Of a stretch of DNA of 52,700 nt, positions 44,553 to 52,700 are shown one piece after another. The first letter of the stretch is position 1, and each line of letters opens with the position of its first letter. Source of the stretch: Candidatus Jorgensenbacteria bacterium (GTDB lineage: Bacteria > Patescibacteriota > Minisyncoccia > UBA6257 > GWB1-50-10); NCBI GenBank assembly GCA_043797305.1, contig JAZDPW010000034.1:1-52700 (forward strand), written 5' to 3'. The translations under genes were made by a program, and so were the position numbers. The notes below the pieces were generated by a model that was not told the origin of the DNA, did not search any database, and was given only the letters and a program-made list of their open reading frames with translations.

Positions 44553-46166
44553 CTAGTACATCGGCGACACTCCTCCTTCCTTTTCTTTCTTCTCCGGAAT
44601 CTCGGTAATGGCCACCCCGATCGTAAGGTAGGTGGCAGCCACCGATATGGCGTTCAAAAAGGCGGTTTTGGTGACTTTCAAGGGGTCAATAATGCCTACC
44701 TCCTTCAGGTTGGTGATTTTATTGGTTATGGCGTTAAACCCGACCCAGACGTCCTTCTCACCGGCCAGTTTCCCGATGATTTCATCGGGCGTTACGCCGC
44801 TGTTTGCGATGATGGCCCGAAGCGGCGCCTCTCTCGCTTTGTTCAAAATCAGGTTGACGGCCCCGCCAACCGATGACGACTCCGAGGGGCCGTCCGGCAC
44901 GGCGTGGAAAAGAGCCATCCCGCCACCCGGCACGATGCCTTCTTCCATAGCCGCTCGAGTGGCGTGGACCGCGTCTTCCACCCGCTGCTTCAATTCCTTC
45001 TGAGCCGATTCGGTCGGCGCTCCGACTTTTATCACCGCTACTCCTCCCGAAATCTTGCCCAACCGCTCCTGCAGCTTCTCCTTGTCAAAATCCGAATCGG
45101 TTGCCTTAATTTGGGACTTTAACCGGTGAATCCTTTCATCAATAATTTTCTTGTCGCCGCCGCCGTCAACGATAGTGGTGGTGTCTTTGTCGGCAACGAC
45201 GCGGCGGGCGCGGCCCAAGTCGGCCACTTCCGCACTCTCCAATTTTTTCCCCAAATCTTCGGAAATGAAAGTGGCGCCGGTTACAATCGCGATGTCTTCG
45301 AGCATTTCTTTCTTCCGGTCGCCGAAACCGGGGGCTTTTACCGCCAAAACGTTAAAGGTGCCGCGAAGTTTGTTTACGACTAAAGTGGCGAGCGCTTCGC
45401 CGTCAATGTCTTCGGCAACGATTAAGAGTTCTTTCTTGCCCGACTGAACCACTTTTTCCAAAAGCGGCAAAAGGTCGCTTATCGCGGAAATCTTCCTGTC
45501 GGTTACGAGGACGTAGGGTTCGTCAAGCGCCGCTTCCATCCGTTCCGGATTGCTGATCATGTAACCCGAGATATAACCGCGGTCGAACTGAAGGCCCTCA
45601 ACCATCTCGTAGGAATTGCCGATGGTATTTGAATCCTCAACCGTAACCACGCCCTCTTTGCCGATTTTCCCCATCACTTCGGCGATAAGCTTGCCGATGC
45701 CGGCGTCCTTGGCCGAAAGAGAAGCTACTTCCTCCACTTTTTTGTTGTCGTTTATGAGTTCTTTCTGATTTTCCAGCTTTTTGACGATACCTTCGCTCTT
45801 TCTCCTGAGCTCTTCGGCAAGCTGAATGACGTTGAAGCCCTTCTCGCGAATGGCTTTTTCGCCTTCTTCAATCATGGCGTGGGCCAAAACTACCGAAGTG
45901 GTTGTGCCGTCGCCGACGTTGTCGTTGGTTTTGTCGGCCGCCTGCTTTATGAAGTCGGCGCCGAGATTTTCGAATTTATCCTCAAGTTCTATCTCTTTGG
46001 CAACGGAAACGCCGTCAAAAGTAACCTGCGGTGTTCCGTAGCTTTTTTCGATGACCGCCGCCCGTCCCCGGGGACCGAGCGTCATTCTCACCGCTTCGGA
46101 GAGTTTATCGATGCCTTTTTTAATGGCACTTCGCGCCTCTTCGTTGAATAAAATTTTCTTTGCCAT
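44553..46166 (-). CDS. groL: Chaperonin GroEL
   Basis: [44 protein letters not shown]. Confidence 0.98.
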   Translation of the reverse strand: MAKKILFNEEARSAIKKGIDKLSEAVRMTLGPRGRAAVIEKSYGTPQVTFDGVSVAKEIELEDKFENLGADFIKQAADKTNDNVGDGTTTSVVLAHAMIEEGEKAIREKGFNVIQLAEELRRKSEGIVKKLENQKELINDNKKVEEVASLSAKDAGIGKLIAEVMGKIGKEGVVTVEDSNTIGNSYEMVEGLQFDRGYISGYMISNPERMEAALDEPYVLVTDRKISAISDLLPLLEKVVQSGKKELLIVAEDIDGEALATLVVNKLRGTFNVLAVKAPGFGDRKKEMLEDIAIVTGATFISEDLGKKLESAEVADLGRARRVVADKDTTTIVDGGGDKKIIDERIHRLKSQIKATDSDFDKEKLQERLGKISGGVAVIKVGAPTESAQKELKQRVEDAVHATRAAMEEGIVPGGGMALFHAVPDGPSESSSVGGAVNLILNKAREAPLRAIIANSGVTPDEIIGKLAGEKDVWVGFNAITNKITNLKEVGIIDPLKVTKTAFLNAISVAATYLTIGVAITEIPEKKEKEGGVSPMY

Positions 46167-46171
46167 GTGTT

Positions 46172-46236
46172 TAACTGATAACTTATGACTAATGACTTAT
46201 GACCGTCGCGGGTCATGAGTTATCCGTCATTAGTCA
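46172..46236. repeat. Inverted array of degenerate heptamers
   Basis: TAACTGA TAACTTA TGACTAA TGACTTA TGACC...GGTCA TGAGTTA TCCGTCA TTAGTCA. Confidence 0.7.
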
Positions 46237-46520
46237 ATTATTGCTAAGATGTCGTCTTCGTCGCCGACCAAATATTTCTTGCTATCGAGCTCAATCTCGT
46301 CCGGTCCGTATTTCTTGAACAAAACGATATCGCCGACCTTAACCGACATCGGCGCCCGTTCGTTCTTTTCGTTCAATTTGCCGGGACCGACGGCCAGGAT
46401 TTTTCCCTTCATTGGTTTTTCTTTCTCGGCCGTTTCCGGAAGAACGATTCCCGACTTCGATATTTTCTCTTCCTCGATCGGTTCTATGAAAACGTGATTC
46501 GATAATGGTTTAAAATTCAT
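46230..46520 (-). CDS. groS: Co-chaperonin GroES
   Basis: KPL, SGIVLP..A..EKP, AVGPG, VKVGD.V; ATG at 46520 preferred. Confidence 0.97.
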   Translation of the reverse strand: MNFKPLSNHVFIEPIEEEKISKSGIVLPETAEKEKPMKGKILAVGPGKLNEKNERAPMSVKVGDIVLFKKYGPDEIELDSKKYLVGDEDDILAIID

Positions 46521-46534
46521 AGGTTTGTCTTTTA

Positions 46535-46561
46535 TTGGCACTCACGACCTTTTATTGCCAA
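46535..46561. promoter_or_regulatory. CIRCE element (HrcA operator)
   Basis: Minus strand TTGGCAATA-N9-GAGTGCCAA vs consensus TTAGCACTC-N9-GAGTGCTAA, directly upstream of groS. Confidence 0.8.
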
Positions 46562-46634
46562 TCCAGTTATGATATTTTAGCGGAGCTCCGAAGGTTGTCA
46601 AGAGAACCCGTAAAAGGTAAAATTAAAATTCCCA

Positions 46635-48329
46635 ATGGATACCGGTTGGCTTCAAAAATATCCGCAAAAAAGCCCCGTTTACGAGGCTTATAACTTCGCG
46701 AAAGAGGCTCACAAAGACAAAGAACGCGAGAGCGGCGAACCTTACTTTTCCCATTGCGAAGCGGTTGCCAAAACCGTAAGCGGGTGGGGCCTCGACCAGG
46801 AATCGGTGGCCGCCGCCTTTCTCCATGACGTCATCGAAGACACGGGTTATACTCTCCGCGACATCGAAAAACGGTTCGGTAAAGAAATAGCTTCCATCGT
46901 TGACGGCCTCACAAAACTCGACAAAGTCCAGTACCCGGAAAAAAATCAGGACATAGAAACCCTCCGAAAATTCATCATTTCCTTCAGCCGCGACTTGAGG
47001 GTGGTTATCATCAAGCTCGCCGACCGCCATCACAATATGCTGACTTTAAAGTTTCTGCCGCCCGAGCGGCAGAAACTTTTTGCCTGGGAAACAAGTGAAA
47101 TTTATGCGCCTCTCGCTTACCGGCTCGGCATGCAGCGCCTCTCCGGCGAACTGGAAGATTTGGCTTTCCCGTACCTTCACCCCGACGAATACAAATGGCT
47201 TTTGAAGAACGTGAAGGAAAAATACGAAGAAAGGGAAAAATACGCGGAGAAAATGAAACCGGTTGTGAGAAGGCTGCTTGTGAAAAACGGTATAAAACCG
47301 ATTACCATTGATTCCCGAGCCAAGCACTATTCCAGTTTGTACAAAAAACTTCACCGCCACGATATGGACTTCGAAAAGATTTACGACCTGATGGCTCTTC
47401 GAATTATCGTCAAAACCGTTGAAGATTGCTACACCGTACTCGGGATAATCCATAAAGTTTGGCCGCCCTTACCGGGCCGAATAAAGGACTACATCGCAAG
47501 ACCCAAGTCCAACGGTTACCGAAGTTTGCACACCACTGTTTTTGCCGAAGACAATAAAATCACCGAATTTCAAATCCGCACCGAAGAAATGCACAAAAAA
47601 GATGAATTCGGCATTGCCGCCCATTGGGCCTACGAGCAGGTAAAAGGCTCCAGGCGGCTTAGCCGGAACTGGCGGGGCGTGCGGAACCATAAGGAACTTC
47701 TCTGGGTGGAACAGCTCCGCCACTGGCAGCAGAACATTTCCGACAAGAACTTCGTCGATTCTCTCGCTGGTGATTTCTTCAAGGACCGGATTTTCGTAAT
47801 CACGCCTCATAACGACGTTATTGACTTGCCGCTCGGAGCGACGCCGGTTGATTTTGCCTACCATATCCACAGTGAAATCGGTAATCAATGCGTCGGAGCG
47901 AAAGTAAACGGAAAAATAGTGCCGCTTGACTACCAGCTTCACTCCAGCGACGTGGTGGAAATTATGACTCAGCGGGGTAAAAAACCTTCGGGAGACTGGC
48001 TGCGATTCATTAAAACCTCACTCGCCAGAGACCAGGTTAAAGAAATAATAAGAAAAGTCACCTGCCCTCCGGCTGGCCGAGAACCCAAAAGCACGGAATT
48101 CAAAATCGTAAATCATGACCGCCCCGGATTTTTAAAAGACATCACCGCCGAATTCGGGGCAAGGAAAATAAACATCATTTATCTCCAGAGCACCACCGAC
48201 AAGCGCGGGGTACTGGCAACCGTCACCATAAAAACCGAACCGCTCTCAAAATCGCGAATCGAAAAACTTATCGTAAAAATTAAAAGCGTGGAAGGCGTAA
48301 AGGAAGTAAGCTCCAAACTCAACCGCTAA
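46635..48329 (+). CDS. relA: RelA/SpoT (p)ppGpp synthetase/hydrolase
   Basis: R.SGEPY..H, LHDVIED, KLADR.HNM, DYIA.PK.NGY.SLHT, EFQIRT, TGS TPVDFAY, ACT-like C-terminus. Confidence 0.95.
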   Translation: MDTGWLQKYPQKSPVYEAYNFAKEAHKDKERESGEPYFSHCEAVAKTVSGWGLDQESVAAAFLHDVIEDTGYTLRDIEKRFGKEIASIVDGLTKLDKVQYPEKNQDIETLRKFIISFSRDLRVVIIKLADRHHNMLTLKFLPPERQKLFAWETSEIYAPLAYRLGMQRLSGELEDLAFPYLHPDEYKWLLKNVKEKYEEREKYAEKMKPVVRRLLVKNGIKPITIDSRAKHYSSLYKKLHRHDMDFEKIYDLMALRIIVKTVEDCYTVLGIIHKVWPPLPGRIKDYIARPKSNGYRSLHTTVFAEDNKITEFQIRTEEMHKKDEFGIAAHWAYEQVKGSRRLSRNWRGVRNHKELLWVEQLRHWQQNISDKNFVDSLAGDFFKDRIFVITPHNDVIDLPLGATPVDFAYHIHSEIGNQCVGAKVNGKIVPLDYQLHSSDVVEIMTQRGKKPSGDWLRFIKTSLARDQVKEIIRKVTCPPAGREPKSTEFKIVNHDRPGFLKDITAEFGARKINIIYLQSTTDKRGVLATVTIKTEPLSKSRIEKLIVKIKSVEGVKEVSSKLNR

Positions 48330-48331
48330 CA

Positions 48332-49363
48332 CTACTCCGTCTCGGAGCCCATCACCTTGTCGAGTAGGTTCCGCCACTCCGCTTCGGAGTGGAATCTGAC
48401 TATTATTCTGCCCCGGCCTTCTTTTCTTTGAACCTCAACCGGGTTCCCCAGTTTCTCTTCAAGGCGCTTCTCCCAATACTTCGACTCCGGGTCAACAACT
48501 TTTGGAAGTTCGCTTTTCGTTCGGGCAACGGTTTTGCCGCTCAAAAATTTTTCGAACAGTTCGTTCTGCATTACCGGGTCGGCGGAAGTAAGAATCAACC
48601 GGGCCTGGGACTCGTTTATCTTACCCTCCGAAAGAGCGTCCTGAATGTTGCCGGGAAGGCCGAGAAGCCGGACGGCGTTTGCGACTGTCTCCCGACTCCT
48701 ACCGATTTTTGCGGCTATTTCCCGTTGGGTGAGATTGAACTCGTCCTGAAGTCTGGCGTAAGCCCGGGCGGCTTCAATCGGATTCAAGTTGCTCCGCTGG
48801 ATGTTCTCGACGAGCGCCACCTCCAGTTTGTTCCGGTGAACGTCAAAGCGCTTCACAATTACCGGCACCCTCGGCAGACCGATAAGTTTTGCGGCCATAA
48901 GCCGGCGCTCCCCGGCAATAAGCTGGTATGAAACTTCGGTGCCCCCTAAGGGGGCTCCTTCGGGGCCGGTCGGCGTCTCGCTTTCCACTTTGGTAACGAC
49001 AAGCGGCTGGATGATTCCGAACTCACGGATTGACTGAGCAAGCTCGGCTAAATCCTCTTGATTGAAAGCCCGGCGCGGCTGAAAAGGATTTGGTTGTATT
49101 TTTTCAACTTCAATATGAAAAATTGCTTCTTGAGCGGCCGGCTTCATTTTCGAAAAGACGGGGTCTCGCGTCCCAGCGTGCCGCTCGCCCACTTGCCTCT
49201 CACCCTCGCTCTCTCGCTTCGCTTCGAACCGTGCCCGCTCGGGCTCCGAGACACTTTTCTCAAAAAAAGCCGGTCGCTCTGCACTTTGCGGTGAATTTGA
49301 AAATGTTTGGGACGCTTTGTTGTCCTTTTTCGGAATTAATGATTCCAGTCCTTTTCCAAGCAT
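48332..49363 (-). CDS. parB: Chromosome partitioning protein ParB
   Basis: LGKGL.SLI, NPFQPR, GIIQP, IAGERR, ENIQR. Confidence 0.95.
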   Translation of the reverse strand: MLGKGLESLIPKKDNKASQTFSNSPQSAERPAFFEKSVSEPERARFEAKRESEGERQVGERHAGTRDPVFSKMKPAAQEAIFHIEVEKIQPNPFQPRRAFNQEDLAELAQSIREFGIIQPLVVTKVESETPTGPEGAPLGGTEVSYQLIAGERRLMAAKLIGLPRVPVIVKRFDVHRNKLEVALVENIQRSNLNPIEAARAYARLQDEFNLTQREIAAKIGRSRETVANAVRLLGLPGNIQDALSEGKINESQARLILTSADPVMQNELFEKFLSGKTVARTKSELPKVVDPESKYWEKRLEEKLGNPVEVQRKEGRGRIIVRFHSEAEWRNLLDKVMGSETE

Positions 49364-49424
49364 TACTTCTATATTATTACGTCTAAAATCCGCGTCAATC
49401 GGCTTTTATAAAACCAAAACAGAG

Positions 49425-49672
49425 GTGGCCTGACCAAGCTCCGCAGAAAGTTTTCTCCAAGTGAGATTTCGAGTCTTAATAATAATTAATTAAAGAACAC
49501 CTCGAAATTTATGAAGTACTCGTTTCCGCAGATTTCAGCCGTACCTCCCTCTGCTTCGGTTTGCATGCACGCGCATGAGTCCGTAGACATCCGAAATGAA
49601 TGAGCGGCCCTAAATTCAGGACCGTACGCTCCCTTCCTTAAGGGCGCCCGAGACACCCCGAAAGCCACGAAC
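49425..49672 (-). ncRNA. Candidate structured RNA between parA and parB
   Basis: Terminal helix GUGGCUU/AGGCCAC; internal hairpins with G-U pairs only on the minus strand; upstream TTGACA-16-TATCAT. Confidence 0.4.
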
Positions 49673-49708
49673 TGATAAAAATGATAAAAGATAGGCCTTT
49701 TATGTCAA

Positions 49709-49837
49709 CCCCGTTAGAAGTCTGTATATCTGGGGATAAATTCAGCTAATAAAAAGGACATTTTATTGCTCATTCTTCTCATTATCACAGAGCAAAAAAT
49801 TTCGCCCGAAATTTTTTGCCGAGGACTTCTAACGGGG
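49709..49837. mobile_element. MITE-like element, 129 bp
   Basis: 14-bp TIR CCCCGTTAGAAGTC/GACTTCTAACGGGG; TCAA duplicated at 49705-49708 and 49838-49841; subterminal AAAAATTTC..GAAATTTTT hairpin as in the 20650 copy. Confidence 0.85.
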
Positions 49838-49860
49838 TCAAATGCGGAAAAGGGGATACT

Positions 49861-50676
49861 TTAGAGTCCGTTTTGCGGGCCGCGACCGGAGCCAAAATTG
49901 TCCGGCGGGAGAAAAGGAGCCTCCACGCCGATAACTTCCCGTGCCAGGAGTTCGTAGGCCCGGGCGCCGGACGATTGGGGAGCGTAGAGCACGACGGGTT
50001 TCTGGAAACTCGGCGCTTCAGCAAGAGCAATTGAACGGGGAATTTCCACCTCATAGACGCGGTAAGGAAACCTACGGCGCACTTCCCGGGCAATCTCGCG
50101 GGAAAGTTTTTCCCGCTTGTCGTACATCGTAAGGAGCGCCCCGGCCACTTTGATGTCGTGGCCGAGATTGGTTTTTACCAAATCAATCGTCTGCAAAAGC
50201 TGGCTCAATCCTTCCAAACTGTAGTACTCGCACTGGATGGGAACGATAACTTCATCGGAAGCCACGAGGCCGTTAATGGTGAGGAGATTCAAACTCGGAC
50301 CCAAGTCAATGAGGATAAAATCGTAATTACCGCGAAGGCGGCTTACAAAATTTTTAAGATAGTTTTCCCGGTCGGGAAGATTCACGAGTTCAATAAGGCT
50401 CCCAGCCAAATCGGCCGAAGCCGGCACAATGTCGAAGTTCGCGAGAAATGTTTGTTTTATCACCCGCTCGGGAGCCGCTCCGGCAAGCAAGGCGTGGTAG
50501 ATGGTCTCGTCCGCCCCGTAGCGCACGCCGCAGCCGACGGTGGCGTTAAATTGCGGGTCGAAATCAATCAAAAGAACTCTCTTGCCGGTCATCGCAAGAT
50601 AAGCCGAGAGATTCATCGCCGTGGTGGTTTTCCCAACTCCCCCCTTTTGATTGCAGATTGAAATAACCCTGGCCAT
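49861..50676 (-). CDS. parA: Chromosome partitioning ATPase ParA/Soj
   Basis: NQKGGVGKTTT, IDFDPQ.NAT, PIQCEYY.LEG, LAEAPS; true start MARVIS. Confidence 0.96.
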   Translation of the reverse strand: MARVISICNQKGGVGKTTTAMNLSAYLAMTGKRVLLIDFDPQFNATVGCGVRYGADETIYHALLAGAAPERVIKQTFLANFDIVPASADLAGSLIELVNLPDRENYLKNFVSRLRGNYDFILIDLGPSLNLLTINGLVASDEVIVPIQCEYYSLEGLSQLLQTIDLVKTNLGHDIKVAGALLTMYDKREKLSREIAREVRRRFPYRVYEVEIPRSIALAEAPSFQKPVVLYAPQSSGARAYELLAREVIGVEAPFLPPDNFGSGRGPQNGL

Positions 50677-50731
50677 GTTTTGCTGATTACTATTTACTGT
50701 AACTTTTTTTTGTGTCATTATCAATGAAAAT

Positions 50732-50754
50732 GCCGAGGTGGCGGAACTGGCAGA
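50732..50754 (+). pseudogene. Isolated 5' fragment of tRNA-Leu
   Basis: GCCGAGGTGGCGGAACTGGCAGA; GCCGAGG pairs perfectly with the downstream tRNA 3' strand CCTCGGC. Confidence 0.75.
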
Positions 50755-50801
50755 TTTACCCCGTAGCAAATTTTCTTCGGTTTTTACAATCGTTATAATA
50801 T

Positions 50802-50885
50802 GGCCAGGTGGTGGAATTGGCAGACACACAGGACTCAAAATCCTGTGCTCGAAAGGGCGTGAGGGTTCAAGTCCCTCCCTCGGCA
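50802..50885 (+). tRNA. tRNA-Leu(CAA) with mismatched acceptor stem
   Basis: Anticodon arm CAGGA-CTCAAAA-TCCTG, variable arm, GAGGG-TTCAAGT-CCCTC; 5' GGCCAGG pairs only 5/7 with CCTCGGC. Confidence 0.85.
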
Positions 50886-50887
50886 CA

Positions 50888-50925
50888 AAGCAAAATCCCT
50901 CATCTTGTGATGAGGGATTTTGCTT
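50888..50925. terminator. Terminator after tRNA-Leu
   Basis: AAGCAAAATCCCTCATC-TTGT-GATGAGGGATTTTGCTT. Confidence 0.75.
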
Positions 50926-51002
50926 CTATTTACAGCGCAATTGAACTGCGACATAGTAAAAGCACCTCAGGACTGACCACTTTTCCCGAAAGGAGGTGTA
51001 CC

Positions 51003-51374
51003 TTGAAACAGGTGGAGAAAGGATTGTTCCTGATCGAGGAGCAGATGCCTTGCCCCCCGGGAGCAATCGACACCCGCCGCCAGGCTCTCCTCTCCACACT
51101 CGGCAAGGCGGAATGTGAGGAGGCCGCCGCGCTTCTCATCACCTGCTCGCAGGAAGCCGGCCCGTGGGTCGGCGCGACATGGCAAGCTCTCGGCGAGAGG
51201 GCGAAGAAGAATGGGTACCCCGTCGGCAAGCTCTTCGTCGGCGTTCGCGGCCTTGTCAAGATGGGCCTCACGCGCCGCGTCCGACCGGGTGGCAACGTCA
51301 TGCACCATCTCGTCTTCTTCCCGGTCCCCGAACTCGCCCTGCGTCTCATGAAAGCGCAGGGCATCGCGAACTAG
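51003..51374 (+). CDS. High-GC hypothetical protein (possibly winged-helix-like)
   Basis: AGGAGG SD before TTG; GC-rich codons; downstream hairpin at 51411-51440. Confidence 0.6.
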   Translation: MKQVEKGLFLIEEQMPCPPGAIDTRRQALLSTLGKAECEEAAALLITCSQEAGPWVGATWQALGERAKKNGYPVGKLFVGVRGLVKMGLTRRVRPGGNVMHHLVFFPVPELALRLMKAQGIAN

Positions 51375-51464
51375 GAGCCGGTGATGGTGAAGCTCCGCAA
51401 CAGCAAGGATAAGGCGCACGATCTCCGGGTCGCGCGCCTTTCCCCTTTTTAAAACTTGCCCTAT

Positions 51465-51493
51465 TTGACATTTTTCATAATATGTGGTAGCGT
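51465..51493 (+). promoter_or_regulatory. Sigma-70 promoter
   Basis: TTGACA-17 nt-TAGCGT with TGn extension. Confidence 0.6.
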
Positions 51494-51553
51494 TAAAGAA
51501 GCTATTCCCACGCGCAGAGGGTAACCCCCTCTCGCCTCACACGGAGGTGAACC

Positions 51554-52096
51554 ATGAAGTTGAGCAAGATTGCAGTCTGGTGCCTCGCGCTCATCGCGCT
51601 CGTAGTCGCTGCCGCCTGCAACGACAGCGACACCCTCACCGAGCCGGTGGTGTCGTGCGAAGTGCACGCCTACCTCGAGCCGGGCGAGACGGTCCGGCCG
51701 AACGCGTGGACGCCCTGGCTCAACCTTATCGTGACGAACGAGGGGAAGGAGAACGAGACGGTCGAGATGATCGTCATGAAGCTCAAGGGCCAGGCCATGA
51801 TGTCGGACGTCACCATGGTGACCGGCACGACGGCCATCACACCCTTCATCAGCTTCGTGCCGGTGAACCCGCCCGGCGTGACACTGCCCTTTGGATTCAT
51901 CTCCCCCATCACGATCATGCCCGGGGGAGCAAAGGTGTTCCAGCTCAGGGCGACGCTCATCGACGGCTCGTGGATCTCTGGCTTCACCGTCACGGTGGAA
52001 GAGGTACGGCTCAAAAGCGGCTGTACCGTCCACGGACTCCCCTTCGTCTACTCGGTCCCGATGGGACCGTGGGTCGGGATCATCGAGAAGGGCTGA
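51554..52096 (+). CDS. High-GC putative lipoprotein, beta-rich
   Basis: GGAGGTGA SD; signal peptide ending VAAAC; downstream hairpin GCGCCCCCGG...CCGGGGGCGC (52119-52151). Confidence 0.75.
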   Translation: MKLSKIAVWCLALIALVVAAACNDSDTLTEPVVSCEVHAYLEPGETVRPNAWTPWLNLIVTNEGKENETVEMIVMKLKGQAMMSDVTMVTGTTAITPFISFVPVNPPGVTLPFGFISPITIMPGGAKVFQLRATLIDGSWISGFTVTVEEVRLKSGCTVHGLPFVYSVPMGPWVGIIEKG

Positions 52097-52234
52097 ACCA
52101 GCCCACCCCAACGCAACCGCGCCCCCGGCTTCTACGGAAGTCCGGGGGCGCACTACGTTATAGGTTAGGTGATTCTTTCCAAATTTTTCTCAACCTGCCG
52201 CCAATTCACCACATTCCACCAAGCATTTAAAAAC

Positions 52235-52516
52235 CTATGCTGTTTTTTCTTGTTTTTCTTTTTGTTCTTTTTTAAACGCTTCAAGACGAGCCAGAGCCTC
52301 CTCAAAATTACCCTCTCTTATAAGCCGTCTGAATTCCGGGTCTTCTTCCAACTTCCGAAATGGACCCGAGCTTTCCTCCATCCAATCCTCTCGTTCCTTC
52401 TCGGTTGGCTTCCCTAAAATTTCCAATAGTTTCGCTTGGGCAAGAATCCGCTCCGGCACGGATAGAGGCGAGTCGGGTTCTCCTTCGTGGGGCGGCATTT
52501 TAATGGCTTCGTGCAT
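52235..52516 (-). CDS. Small charged hypothetical protein
   Basis: TATAAT 7 nt upstream of ATG 52516; helical Glu/Lys-rich sequence. Confidence 0.55.
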   Translation of the reverse strand: MHEAIKMPPHEGEPDSPLSVPERILAQAKLLEILGKPTEKEREDWMEESSGPFRKLEEDPEFRRLIREGNFEEALARLEAFKKEQKEKQEKTA

Positions 52517-52543
52517 CTCGTTAATTATAAACAAAAATTCCCG

Positions 52544-52699
52544 TTAAACGAACAAATTCCCGAAATTCAGGGCAAGAAAATTGAAAACAATATTGCCGGC
52601 GAAAGTAATTAGAATCGTTTTTAAAAACCCGTAGCGGATGAGACCGGCCGGAATCACGAAAATCTCGTTAGGTATCGGAACCAGGGAAATCCAGGCAAA
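52544..52699 (-). CDS. C-terminal fragment of a VTT/DedA-like membrane protein (runs off the window)
   Basis: Manual translation FAWISLVPIPNEIFVIPAGLIRYGFLKTILITFAGNIVFNFLALNFGNLFV*. Confidence 0.65.
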   Translation of the reverse strand, partial: FAWISLVPIPNEIFVIPAGLIRYGFLKTILITFAGNIVFNFLALNFGNLFV

Positions 52700-52700
52700 A

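Noticed and set aside
49425-49672. tmRNA, RNase P, SRP or group II intron domain V; also ORF 49486..49668
   Set aside because: Signature sequences not found; the 60-aa ORF has no recognisable features.
50677-50886. N-terminal extension of ParA (341-aa call) and of ORF 50808..51374
   Set aside because: Both extensions run through tRNA-Leu; better starts are at 50676 and 51003.
51484-52230. Overlapping 248-aa and 230-aa ORFs
   Set aside because: Stop-poor alternative frames in GC-rich DNA; the 51554 frame has an SD and a lipoprotein signal.

Overview
This 52.7 kb window is mostly housekeeping DNA from a small-genome bacterium, very probably Patescibacteria/CPR (Parcubacteria-like). That assignment is inferred from the split comEC, GAD-less AspRS, short AlaRS, CTD-less RpoA, archaeal-type PyrH, Cys-rich paralogs and SD-poor starts. 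Most genes are on the minus strand: gdh, metG, adk-like, aspS, comEC, mnmA, frr, mreB, murA, the infA-rpmJ-rpsM-rpsK-rpsD-rpoA-rplQ-rplM-rpsI cluster, alaS, rpoD, dnaG, glnII, pyrH, htpX, lemA, groES/EL and parAB. efp and relA are on the plus strand, and there are three tRNAs (Pro, Ser, Leu). The strongest unexplained signal is a family of tiny inverted-repeat elements with C-rich ends flanked by duplicated TNNA targets. One 295-bp copy carries only an 85-aa GIY-YIG nuclease gene. Two ~130-bp copies and two ~30-bp copies carry no gene. Two insertions sit in start codons and rebuild them (ATG or GTG), and two sit at -35 hexamers and preserve them. This suggests a GIY-YIG-associated, near-silent mini-transposon/MITE system with no transposase in the window. 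Other signals: in-frame palindromes inside proteins, a circularly permuted structured motif, a tRNA-Leu with a duplicated 5' end, a candidate ~245-nt ncRNA between parA and parB, and an unannotated 22-aa protamine-like peptide. All calls are by eye; no searches were run.
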